Positions 8,556 to 17,503 of a DNA stretch of 36,110 nucleotides are shown here, piece after piece; positions within the stretch are counted from its first letter, which is position 1; each line of letters starts with the position of its first letter. The DNA is taken from NCBI GenBank assembly GCA_016928955.1, contig JAFGJV010000037.1:62001-98110 (forward strand), read 5' to 3'. Source of the DNA: Spirochaetales bacterium. Lineage in GTDB: Bacteria > Spirochaetota > Spirochaetia > Treponematales > UBA12059. Under the pieces are notes generated by a model. It did not search any database and had not been told where the DNA came from. It was given only the letters and a program-made list of their open reading frames with translations. Both the position numbers and the translations under genes were made by a program.

Positions 8556-9200
8556 TCAGTCCAGCCGCTCGTGCCGGAGGCGGTTTTTTATGGACAGCAT
8601 GGCGTAGCCTGAGGACAGGTCCTCGTTCTGCACGACCACGTCCTCCGGAGCCTTGACCTTGACGTTGGTGAAATTCCAGAGCGCCTTGACGCCACAGGAC
8701 ACCAGCTGGTCCGTAACCATCTGAGCGAATTCCGAGGGTACGGTCAGTACGGCCGTGGTCACGCCCAGCTGGGGAAGCCGGCTGGACAGGTCCGTTATGG
8801 GATACACCGGCACACCGTACACCTTGGCGCCTGTTTTCTTGGCGTCGGCGTCAAAACCGGCGACGATGTTGAGACCGTGCTTCTTGAAACCGGGAAAGCC
8901 TATCAGGGCGCTGCCCAGGTTTCCGGTGCCTATCACAACGGCCTTCACTTCCTGGTCCCAGTTCAGGTAGCTCTCAATGGCCTTGACCAGGGCCTCCACC
9001 GGGTAGCCGCGCTTGGGCTTGCCCACGATTCCGGTGATGGACAGGTCTTTCCGTACCTGAATGGGTTCCAGGCTGAGCTCGTTGGCGATAACGGTGCCGG
9101 AGAGAAATTCGTCGCCGTGCTCAAAGGCCTGCCGCGCGATGAGCAGGTAGGACGGCAGACGCCTGACGGACGGTGCGTAGGATACCTTGATCTTGTACAT
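8556..9200 (-). CDS. rex: Redox-sensing transcriptional repressor Rex
   Basis: RRLPSY, QVRKDLS..G..G....GY winged helix, Rossmann VIGTGNLGSAL, LTVP..AQ, LWNF. Confidence 0.93.
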   Translation of the reverse strand: MYKIKVSYAPSVRRLPSYLLIARQAFEHGDEFLSGTVIANELSLEPIQVRKDLSITGIVGKPKRGYPVEALVKAIESYLNWDQEVKAVVIGTGNLGSALIGFPGFKKHGLNIVAGFDADAKKTGAKVYGVPVYPITDLSSRLPQLGVTTAVLTVPSEFAQMVTDQLVSCGVKALWNFTNVKVKAPEDVVVQNEDLSSGYAMLSIKNRLRHERLD

Positions 9201-9437
9201 AGCCTATCCTGAAATTCGGGTTTAGCTCGGCTGGCCCGCCGCCGGCAATTCACGATTAAGGTATATCGTGTGAAATGTCAAGAAAAAGTACGATATCCAA
9301 CCCAGCGGCCGAACCTGGAACGGCGACTGAAAGGAATAGGCAGCGGGTATCGGAGGGCGTGTGCCCCGCCGGGGAGCCGGGAAGCTCTCTGTCTGTATAT
9401 CGCACAGGTTAATGAGCATTTGCCCATAATATAGCAT

Positions 9438-9505
9438 AAAAAGAAAGCTCCGTGGAAAAAGGAGGTAAAACCACGGAGCTTGTGCCGAACCGCTGGGGTC
9501 CGACC
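9438..9505 (-). ncRNA. Candidate small RNA with anti-Shine-Dalgarno terminator loop
   Basis: Two hairpins (GUCGGACC/GGUUCGGC; AAGCUCCGUGG/CCACGGAGCUU with loop UUUUACCUCCUUUUU) followed by UCUUUUU; own promoter immediately upstream. Confidence 0.6.
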
Positions 9506-9510
9506 GTATT

Positions 9511-9539
9511 ACTATACCTACTATACCGGTTTTATGCAA
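9511..9539 (-). promoter_or_regulatory. sigma70 promoter of the candidate sRNA
   Basis: TTGCAT-17 nt-TATAGT. Confidence 0.7.
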
Positions 9540-9897
9540 GCATTTTGTATACGGTCGGGAGAAACCCTGGACCCGCCGGATCGAGGGCTTACTTTTTTTT
9601 CACTTTTTTGCTATGGTGCCGGCCTTGCCAGGGTATCCTCCGTCCACGCGGCCCGTATGCGCGCGTCGGGGACCGGCAACACGGATAGAGAGCGATTTCC
9701 TTCCGTCCATATTGAAATCCGCGGTGCGTTGCGTAAGCATTACGGGAGGCTAATTCAAGACTCCGAAGAGTTTTGCGAAAGTTTCCGCATGCTAATGCAA
9801 ATTTTTCCGGCGTTTCTCGCCGCGCGGGTAACGCGGAAAACCGCACAGCCGGTCCACGGGCCAGGGGCCCTGGAAACCGGCATATTGGGAGTACAAA

Positions 9898-10326
9898 ATG
9901 CGAATGACGACCAAGGGCAGATACGCTCTTCGTGCTACACTTGCCCTTGCCAGGATATCCAACGGATCCCCGGTTCCCGTGTCCATCAAGGCCATTGCCG
10001 AGGCTGAGGACATATCCCCGGAATTTTTGGAACAGATATTCTACCGCCTCCGCAAGGCCGGCGTGATAGCATCCGTGCGCGGGCCAGGGGGCGGCTTTCA
10101 TTTTTCCCTACCCTTGGACGGCATCAGCGTCAAGCTGATCCTGGACGCCGCCGGGGAGGACTTTGACGTGGCGCCGTGCACGGATACCAACGCGGAGCCC
10201 TGCCCCAAGGCGAGCAGTTGCCAGGCCGGGCTGGTATGGAAGCGCCTGCACGGCGTTATCGACGACTATCTGGACGGAACTACCCTGGCTGACATACTGT
10301 CAGGAAGCCCGTCGCCCGCCAGCTAA
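9898..10326 (+). CDS. Rrf2 family transcriptional regulator
   Basis: MRMTTKGRYALR, IAEAEDIS..FLEQI...L.KAG...SVRGPGGG; three Cys (C-x7-C-x5-C) as in Fe-S-binding members. Confidence 0.92.
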   Translation: MRMTTKGRYALRATLALARISNGSPVPVSIKAIAEAEDISPEFLEQIFYRLRKAGVIASVRGPGGGFHFSLPLDGISVKLILDAAGEDFDVAPCTDTNAEPCPKASSCQAGLVWKRLHGVIDDYLDGTTLADILSGSPSPAS

Positions 10327-10363
10327 GCGGCTCGCGCCGGTCGCCCGCTCAGTCAGCACGTCC

Positions 10364-11758
10364 TCACTCGGCGTCCGCGAAGTCCTCCATGGTCCTTCTC
10401 TGCTCGTCGCTTATGAGCCCGAGCTCCTGACAGAGGGCAAAAAGCTCCCTGACATGGAAAAAGGCCCGCAGCCTGACGCCCTGGGCATCCATGTCGACCC
10501 TACCCTGCCGCCCGCGCTCTATCAGCACGGCCAGGTCCTCTACCACCAGGCCCTCATCCCTGAGTATGGCTATGGCTTCCAGTTTTGAGCTACCCGTGGT
10601 GATCAGGTCGTCCAGGAGGAGAACTCTCTCCCCGGGCTTGAAGTCGCCCTCCACCCGGTTGCCCGTGCCGTGGTCCTTGACCGGCATGCGCGGCCATACC
10701 ATGGGCTTGCCGAGCCTCAGGGCCGTGGCAGTGGCCAGGGGCAGGGCCGCCGCAGGTATGCCCGCCACGCGGTCGAATTCCAGACCTCCGGCCAGCATCG
10801 CGTACGCGTTTGCCACCGCCGACAGGAGCCCGGGATCCGATATCACGCGCCTGAGATCCACGTAAAACGGCGAACGTTTGCCGCTCTTCAGGAGGAAATC
10901 TCCCGTGCGGAAGCAGCCAGAGTCGGCCAGGCCGCGCATGATGCGCTTTTTGAGCGCCTGGTCCCGCTTGGGGCGCCTACCGCCGGCCGATAGAGCTGCC
11001 GCCTTCCTGAGATCCTCCGCCAGGGCGCGGGCCGCGGCGGCCGGGTCCGGGGCGTCGGCCACGGAGCGGGCGGCCACGGGTATCAGCCCCGAGCCATCGT
11101 CCCTGGCGCCGGCCGCCCAGGCCGATGCTATGGTACCGCCCTGGGCCCCTATGCCGGGCGCAAGGATCCATGCGTCCGGGGCGGCCGCCCGGACGGCTGC
11201 CAGGGAAACAGGGTCGTTCCCGGGCGCCACCAGGGCTACCCTGTCAGACCAGGTAACGGCCTCTGCGGCCACTGCCTCGTACAGGGCCGTGCCTCCCACG
11301 GGCAGGTCCTGGAACACCCCCGCTCGGGGATTGCTGGTTCGGGCCAGAACGAACACCGCCTTGTCAGGGTATGCCAGGAAGGGATCCACAGAATCGCGCC
11401 CGAGGTACGGGCTGAGCGTTACCGCGTCCGCGCCCAGGCTGGCAAAGCAGGCCATCGCGTATGCCTCTGCCGTGGAACCTATGTCTCCGCGCTTGGCGTC
11501 CAGGAGCACGGGAGCCTCCGAGGGGATGTCGCGGATAAGCCGGGCCAAGGCCGCCATGCCGTCTGCTCCGTGGGCCTCAAAAAAGGCTATGTTCGGCTTG
11601 AAGCAGGCCGCCCAGGGCAGGGTCGCCTCTACCAGCCTCATGGACTGTGAGTACAGCAGCTCCGGGTCGCCACCCGGGGGCAGGCGCGGATCCAGGCCCA
11701 CGCACAGGAGCGTGCCTTTGTTCTTCCAGGCTTCTTCGACGCGTTCGAAAAATGTCAT
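10364..11758 (-). CDS. pyrF: Bifunctional orotidine-5'-phosphate decarboxylase / orotate phosphoribosyltransferase (PyrF-PyrE fusion)
   Basis: N-term LCVGLDP, FKPNIAFFE, LDAKRGDIGST, RTSNP, PGIGAQGG; C-term F.LKSG.RSPFYVDLR, KDHGT, LLDDLITTGSS. Confidence 0.93.
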   Translation of the reverse strand: MTFFERVEEAWKNKGTLLCVGLDPRLPPGGDPELLYSQSMRLVEATLPWAACFKPNIAFFEAHGADGMAALARLIRDIPSEAPVLLDAKRGDIGSTAEAYAMACFASLGADAVTLSPYLGRDSVDPFLAYPDKAVFVLARTSNPRAGVFQDLPVGGTALYEAVAAEAVTWSDRVALVAPGNDPVSLAAVRAAAPDAWILAPGIGAQGGTIASAWAAGARDDGSGLIPVAARSVADAPDPAAAARALAEDLRKAAALSAGGRRPKRDQALKKRIMRGLADSGCFRTGDFLLKSGKRSPFYVDLRRVISDPGLLSAVANAYAMLAGGLEFDRVAGIPAAALPLATATALRLGKPMVWPRMPVKDHGTGNRVEGDFKPGERVLLLDDLITTGSSKLEAIAILRDEGLVVEDLAVLIERGRQGRVDMDAQGVRLRAFFHVRELFALCQELGLISDEQRRTMEDFADAE

Positions 11759-11884
11759 GGGAATGCCTCACGGCCGGCGGGATGCGGCCCAAGGTCACAA
11801 GCGGGCCACGACAGGATAGCACGGGCCGCGCGGACGCGTCAAACCGGCGCTCCGCTTGGAGGACTCAAAAGCCGTCCCCGGTAT

Positions 11885-11914
11885 TTGTGAAATACGCGTT
11901 CTTCGCGGTATACT
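11885..11914 (+). promoter_or_regulatory. Putative sigma70 promoter of the outer-membrane protein pair
   Basis: TTGTGA-18 nt-TATACT. Confidence 0.55.
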
Positions 11915-12000
11915 AGTTGAATGCGGTGCCGTCGCGGGAACGCGCCGGCCATCGCGGGCGCCGGCTGCCGGCCGGGCCCCTACCCGAGGAGGATTGTGCA

Positions 12001-13335
12001 ATGAGGAAATTCACCATAGTAGCGGCCCTCGTCCTGGCGTGCGCCGGAGCCTGGGCCCAGGACGATGGCGGCTTGGACTTCCAGGCGGGCATCACCCTCG
12101 GCACTGACGTCATCATCGACGCGTACGGCAACCCGCAGACCTGGAACAGCCTGGGCTTCCAGCCAGACCTGTCGCTGGGCAACTTTGGCGTGGGCTTTGA
12201 CCTGACCATGCGTTTCAAGCTGGCTCCCACCTCAGGCACGGCCATGGAAATCTACCCCGGCGACTGGGTACCCGACTATGAAGGCTCCGGGCGCAGTTTC
12301 CTGGACCTGTACCTGCCCAAGATCATGTACGTGCGCTATGGCCAGCGGGGCGACCCTTTGTACGCCAAGCTCGGCTCCATAGACGACCTGACGCTGGGCA
12401 CGGGCTTCATCGTGGGCGACTACGCCAACACCCGCTTCCTGCCCGATCTCCGCATCTTCGGCCTCCAGCTCAACCTGGACGGGTCCCTCTTCGACTTCCC
12501 GTACATCGGCGTGGAGCTCCTCACGGGCAACCTGGCGCGTATGGATGTCCTGGGCGGCCGGCTCTATGTCCGGCCGCTGGCGGGTACCGAGATACCGCTA
12601 TTGAGCAAGCTCCAGATCGGCGGCACGGCCGCGGCTGATTTCCAGCCCGAGCTGTACGTGGACACGCCGCTGGGCAACGACCCGGTGGCCATGTTCGGCG
12701 CCGACCTGTACCTGCCGCTGATAGAGGGCGACGCCTTCCCGCTGGCCGTCTTTACCGAGCTTGCCTTCCAGCCCCAGTCGCGCACCGGCTACATGCTCGG
12801 CGCGGCCGGCCGCCTGATAGGCATCATCACCTACGGCGCCCAGCTCAGGTTCTTGTCGCCAGGCTTCATACCTACCTATTTTGACGCCAACTACGACATC
12901 TACCGCGCGGTCAAGTCAGACGTGATGGAAAGCGCCCCCTCTGGCGACCCCTTTGCCGGCTGGATGGCCAAGGCCGGCGCCAGTTTCCTGGAAGACAAAA
13001 TCTTCTTTGACGTGACCGTGGACGGTCCCTTTGCGGCCAATCCCGTGGTGCCCACGGACAATCCCGCCGAGTACCCGCACCTGCGCGGCGTGGCGGGCAT
13101 CGGGGAGGGCATCCTGGGCGGCTTCTTCTTCGACTTTGCCTACGACAAGTATTTCCTGGGCAAGGAGGGCGCCTTCTTCTCGGAGCTGGTCGACCCGACC
13201 AACGCCATCATCACGGCCGCCGTCAACTTCAAGACCGGGGCGGCTGTTTTTACCCTGCTGTATAACCTGACCTACAACCCGGAAGACGGGGACTTTGACG
13301 TGACCTCGAGCCTGCAGAGCTCGATCAAATTCTGA
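12001..13335 (+). CDS. Putative outer-membrane beta-barrel protein (unknown function)
   Basis: GAGGAGG RBS, Sec signal peptide MRKFTIVAALVLACAGAWA, amphipathic Gly/aromatic beta-strands, C-terminal Phe. Confidence 0.7.
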   Translation: MRKFTIVAALVLACAGAWAQDDGGLDFQAGITLGTDVIIDAYGNPQTWNSLGFQPDLSLGNFGVGFDLTMRFKLAPTSGTAMEIYPGDWVPDYEGSGRSFLDLYLPKIMYVRYGQRGDPLYAKLGSIDDLTLGTGFIVGDYANTRFLPDLRIFGLQLNLDGSLFDFPYIGVELLTGNLARMDVLGGRLYVRPLAGTEIPLLSKLQIGGTAAADFQPELYVDTPLGNDPVAMFGADLYLPLIEGDAFPLAVFTELAFQPQSRTGYMLGAAGRLIGIITYGAQLRFLSPGFIPTYFDANYDIYRAVKSDVMESAPSGDPFAGWMAKAGASFLEDKIFFDVTVDGPFAANPVVPTDNPAEYPHLRGVAGIGEGILGGFFFDFAYDKYFLGKEGAFFSELVDPTNAIITAAVNFKTGAAVFTLLYNLTYNPEDGDFDVTSSLQSSIKF

Positions 13336-13354
13336 CGGCTCAAGGAGGACGAAC

Positions 13355-15616
13355 ATGCGTTTAAGCCGGATTTTACTGGCCCTGGCCATCGTGATGGCCG
13401 GATCGGCCCTGGCGCTGGCCCAGACCACGGGCCAGACCGTTGAACTCGAATTCGTTCAGGGCAACGACCTGACCCTGACCATGGCGGACGGCACGGTGTA
13501 CACCTACGCCACCGGCAACTTTGCCGAGGGCGATATCATCGCGCCGGGCGCCCAGCTAAGGACGGGCCCGACCACCACGGCCGAGCTCAGGCTCAAGCCC
13601 AACGGCACCCTCATCAAGATAGCCAAGTCCACCAGCTTCCGCGTGGACGGCCTGGCCACGCCCCAGCAGAACAACAACGTGTTCACCCTGGTGGCCGGCA
13701 AGGTGCGCATGGCCGCGGCCAAAGGCTCCAACTACCAGGTGCTGACGTCCAGCACCGTGGCCGGCGTCCGCGGCACGGACTTTACTATGTCGTTCGAGGA
13801 AGGTCGCAAGGCAACGCTGATGGTCGCCAAGGGCGCCGTGGAATTCGGCAAGCTCGGGGCGGCCGCCGGGGAAACCATCCTGGTGGGTGCCGGCCAGTTT
13901 GCCGACTTCTTCACGTCCTTCACGCCCAAGGCGTACACGCCCGAGCAGTTCGCCGGAGAGTACGGCGACGTCCAGATAGACCCCGAGCGCATACCGGCCT
14001 CCGCCCTTGAAAACGGCGACCAGGCTCCCGCTGACACCGCTTCGGACGACGCCGACACGGCCGACACCGACGACGGAGCGGCCACAGACGTGGCGGATTC
14101 CACCGATTCTGGCGGCGACGCGGCCGGCGACGGGACCCCTGAGAGCCCGGAAGCCGCCGTTGAGAGCGCCTTTGTCACCTGGCTGCGCGACGTCCTCGGC
14201 ATGGAAATAGGCTCGGTCACCATCAACGGCCAGACCTGGTCCAAAGCCGTGCTCCAGCCCACGTTTACCGTGGGCAAATTCAAGACCGCCCTGTACCTGC
14301 CCGTCATATACTCGCAGAATCTCTTTGACCCGGACGACTGGTACCACCCCAACGGCAACGACGAGTGGTCGTTCGGCACGGACATAGGCTGGAGTAGCGA
14401 CCCGTGGAACGCCTTCCTGGACGCCGCCGCGGACGTGGCCCTGAAGTTCAAGTACATCGAGTACGGCCAGCCCGTGGTCGACCCCTTCTTCATCAAGGTG
14501 GGCAACCTGTCCAGCTTCACCGTGGGCCATGGCCTGGTGATGCGCGACTACGCCAACGACACCGAGTTCCCCGCGGTCAGGCGCCTGGGCTTCAATATTG
14601 GCCTGGACCTTGGCTCCTGGGGCTTTGAAGCCCTGGCCAACGATTTGGCCGACCCGCAGGTGTTCGGCGGCCGCGTGTACGTGCGTCCCATCAAGGACTT
14701 CAAGCTGGCGTTCGGCCTGTCCGCCGTGGCCGACTTCCATCCGGCCGCCATCTTTGACACGGACACCACAAGCGCCGAGGACTATGGCGACCCGATATTC
14801 ATAGGCACGGGCCTGGACCTGGACCTGCCCATCGTCGACACTGACATCCTCGGCGTGCGCGCCTTCGCGGACGCGGCCGTCATGCTACCCATCGTGCGGA
14901 ACGACTTCACCTACCTGAGCTCGACCGGCGGGGAAGGCGTGCGCGTGGATATGCTGTGGGACGGCGGCCTCCAGAACTGGGGCGCCGCGATTGGCTTCAT
15001 GGGCAACGTGGCCTTCATAGACTGGCGCCTTGAGTACCGCTACTTCACCGGCGCCTTCCGCCCCGCCTTCTTTGACGCCGGCTACGAGCGCGCCCGCGCC
15101 GAGCGCGTGCTTGAGTGGGCCGGCTACCTGTCCGGCGCCGTCACCGTGGACCAGGCGCCCTCGGTCATGGGCATATACGGCGAGGGCGGCACGTCCATAT
15201 TCAAGGACAAGCTGACCCTGACCTTTGGCTACTTCTGGCCCTGGAGCGCGGACGCCGCCACCCTGACCCAGCAGATGGCCATGGCCAACGACTACTTCAA
15301 GGCCGAACTGACCGTCAAGAAGGGCCTCATCCCCGTTCTTGACCTTTCGGGCGCCATCATCTACGAGCGCCGCAACTTTGTGCCCACCCTGCTTAACACC
15401 GCGGCCGGCGGCGTGAGCCTGTTCGACGAGAACACCGTCTTTGGCGGCGAGATCGTCGTGCCGGTTCCCGGCGCCCCCAACCTGGACCTGGCCGTGATCG
15501 TCAACACGGTGATAGAGCGCGAGCCCGACGGCAGCGTGATATACCGCGACGCCCCGACCAACACCATGCCCAGCATCGTGCCGGCCATCACCCTGGAAAC
15601 CCGCCTGCACTTCTAA
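13355..15616 (+). CDS. FecR-domain protein with acidic linker and putative beta-barrel domain paralogous to the upstream gene
   Basis: Signal peptide; FecR-like GDII...LRTG...AELRL...T...VAGVRGTDF...V.KG.V; D/A/T-rich linker; C-terminal Phe. Confidence 0.75.
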   Translation: MRLSRILLALAIVMAGSALALAQTTGQTVELEFVQGNDLTLTMADGTVYTYATGNFAEGDIIAPGAQLRTGPTTTAELRLKPNGTLIKIAKSTSFRVDGLATPQQNNNVFTLVAGKVRMAAAKGSNYQVLTSSTVAGVRGTDFTMSFEEGRKATLMVAKGAVEFGKLGAAAGETILVGAGQFADFFTSFTPKAYTPEQFAGEYGDVQIDPERIPASALENGDQAPADTASDDADTADTDDGAATDVADSTDSGGDAAGDGTPESPEAAVESAFVTWLRDVLGMEIGSVTINGQTWSKAVLQPTFTVGKFKTALYLPVIYSQNLFDPDDWYHPNGNDEWSFGTDIGWSSDPWNAFLDAAADVALKFKYIEYGQPVVDPFFIKVGNLSSFTVGHGLVMRDYANDTEFPAVRRLGFNIGLDLGSWGFEALANDLADPQVFGGRVYVRPIKDFKLAFGLSAVADFHPAAIFDTDTTSAEDYGDPIFIGTGLDLDLPIVDTDILGVRAFADAAVMLPIVRNDFTYLSSTGGEGVRVDMLWDGGLQNWGAAIGFMGNVAFIDWRLEYRYFTGAFRPAFFDAGYERARAERVLEWAGYLSGAVTVDQAPSVMGIYGEGGTSIFKDKLTLTFGYFWPWSADAATLTQQMAMANDYFKAELTVKKGLIPVLDLSGAIIYERRNFVPTLLNTAAGGVSLFDENTVFGGEIVVPVPGAPNLDLAVIVNTVIEREPDGSVIYRDAPTNTMPSIVPAITLETRLHF

Positions 15617-15641
15617 AACCGGGTTCCCTGCGATTCAACGC

Positions 15642-15672
15642 GGCCGCCCCCTCTGTGGGGGCGGCCTTTTTT
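15642..15672 (+). terminator. Intrinsic terminator after the OMP pair
   Basis: GGCCGCCCCC-tctgt-GGGGGCGGCC-TTTTTT. Confidence 0.85.
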
Positions 15673-15736
15673 GGGCGGTCGGCTGGCACAGGAATACTGG
15701 TGACAGCGGCGTCCGCGCCATAGTATCCTTCCGTCC

Positions 15737-17494
15737 ATGGACAGCCAGCGCATACGCATCCTGCCGCCGGAAACCGCCAAGCGCATAGCCGCCGGCGAGG
15801 TGATCGACCGCCCCGCCGCGGCTCTCCGGGAGCTTTTGGACAACGCGGTGGACTCGGGAGCCACGGACATACGCGTGGACATCCAGGGCGGGGGCATAGA
15901 CCTCATACGCGTGAGCGACAACGGCTCGGGCATGGGCCGTGACGACCTGGTCCTGTCGGTCCATCCCCACGCCACCAGCAAAATCCGCGAACTGGACGAC
16001 CTTCTGTCCCTGCGCACCCTCGGTTTCCGGGGCGAGGCCCTGGCGTCCATGGCCGCCGTGGCCGAGCTCGAGCTTGTGAGCGCCCCGCATGACAACGAAG
16101 CGTGGCGCCTGTCCTCCGTTCCGGGCAAGGAACCGACCATCGAGCCATGGCGCGGTGCCGTGGGCACCACCGTTACCGTGAGCGGCCTGTTCGCGTCGTT
16201 TCCCGCGCGCAGGCAATTTCTCAAGAGCCCCGCTGCGGAAGCGGCCGTGTGCAGGCAGGTATTCGTCGACAAGATCCTGCCCTGGCCGGACCGGGCTTTC
16301 AGGCTGGGCGGCAAGAACCCTCTGGTGTTCCTGCCGGATACCCTGGCGGGCAGGGTGCTCGCCGCCCACGCGGGAGACCAGCCGCCAGAACTGTTCAGGG
16401 AACTGGCCGCCTCCGGCCGGGGCTTCTCGGCCCGAGTGGTGGCCGGAGCACCGGATATCTACCGTTCTGACCGCCGCATGCTACAGATTTTCATCAACGG
16501 CCGGAGGGTCCAGGAGTACGGCCTGGCCCAGGCCCTGGAGTACGCATACCGCGGAGCCTTGCCTGGCGGGGCCTGGCCCTTCGCCTTTGCCTTTATAGAC
16601 GTGGATCCGTCCCTGGCCGATTTCAACATACACCCGGCCAAGAAAGAAGTCCGCCTCAAGAATGTAGACGACATCAGGGCAGGCCTCATGGACGCCGTCC
16701 GGTCCTGGCTGGGCTCCACCACACGCTCGTCGTCGGTAGCGCTGCTACGGGACAAAGCCTGGGGCGGGACCCCGGGCCAGGAGGGCCGGAGCGATACAGG
16801 CATGCGGCCGCCCGTCCAGGCGTATGGCCTGGGCCTGGAAGCTCCCGCGCCCCAGGCCAGAGACGAACGCTGGATGGACGAGCTGGCGCGCAAGGTCGAA
16901 GAAGCGAGAGAGCGGCCCCCGGAGGATCGTCGGCCCCTTCCGGCCGGCGACGCACGCTTCCGCTACCTTGGGCAGGCCCTGGGCGTCTTCCTGGTGGCCG
17001 AGATGGACGGGGAACTGCTGATCCTGGACCAGCACGCGGCGCACGAGCGCGTGATATACGACGAGCTGATGTCCGGCACGGCGCGCAGGCAGGAGCTCCT
17101 GGTACCCGTGGTCTACGAGCCCGAGTCAGCAGACGAGGACCGTTACCTCAGGGAGCGAGCGGCGGAACTGGACAGGCTGGGGTTCAGGATCAGGGACGAG
17201 GGCGGCACCTGGCTTCTGGAAACGGCGCCGGCCATCCTGCCGGAATCCCGCACGGGCGCCATTTTTGAAGTCCTGAAACAGCGCCCAGACCCTGACGCCC
17301 TGGTCAGGGAGACGGCCGCCCGGGCCGCGTGCAGGTCAGCCATCATGGACGGCGAGGCGCTGGACCCCGCTTCGGCCCGGGCCTTGCTGTCACGCGCCCT
17401 GGACCTGCCCGACCCTCACTGCCCGCACGGCCGCCCTATATGGCTGCGTCTGAGCCGGGACGACCTGTACCGGGCAGTCAGGCGCATCGTGTAA
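15737..17494 (+). CDS. mutL: DNA mismatch repair endonuclease MutL
   Basis: IAAGEVIDRP, ELLDNAVDSGA, DNGSG, HATSK, TLGFRGEALAS; endonuclease motifs DQHAAHER..YDE, ACR, CPHGRP. Confidence 0.96.
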   Translation: MDSQRIRILPPETAKRIAAGEVIDRPAAALRELLDNAVDSGATDIRVDIQGGGIDLIRVSDNGSGMGRDDLVLSVHPHATSKIRELDDLLSLRTLGFRGEALASMAAVAELELVSAPHDNEAWRLSSVPGKEPTIEPWRGAVGTTVTVSGLFASFPARRQFLKSPAAEAAVCRQVFVDKILPWPDRAFRLGGKNPLVFLPDTLAGRVLAAHAGDQPPELFRELAASGRGFSARVVAGAPDIYRSDRRMLQIFINGRRVQEYGLAQALEYAYRGALPGGAWPFAFAFIDVDPSLADFNIHPAKKEVRLKNVDDIRAGLMDAVRSWLGSTTRSSSVALLRDKAWGGTPGQEGRSDTGMRPPVQAYGLGLEAPAPQARDERWMDELARKVEEARERPPEDRRPLPAGDARFRYLGQALGVFLVAEMDGELLILDQHAAHERVIYDELMSGTARRQELLVPVVYEPESADEDRYLRERAAELDRLGFRIRDEGGTWLLETAPAILPESRTGAIFEVLKQRPDPDALVRETAARAACRSAIMDGEALDPASARALLSRALDLPDPHCPHGRPIWLRLSRDDLYRAVRRIV

Positions 17495-17503
17495 GCGCTC
17501 CGC

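Noticed and set aside
9452..10101. ORFs 9452-9688, 9480-10007 and 9589-10101 in the rex-Rrf2 spacer
   Set aside because: Atypical codon usage, no properly spaced RBS; they overlap promoter/hairpin elements or the Rrf2 gene
14010..14150. Repetitive GAC/GCC/ACC tract as a possible tandem repeat or CRISPR array
   Set aside because: In-frame low-complexity acidic linker with no fixed-length repeat-spacer structure
13556..15610. Long minus-strand ORFs opposite the FecR/OMP gene
   Set aside because: Shadow ORFs of a strongly codon-biased + strand gene
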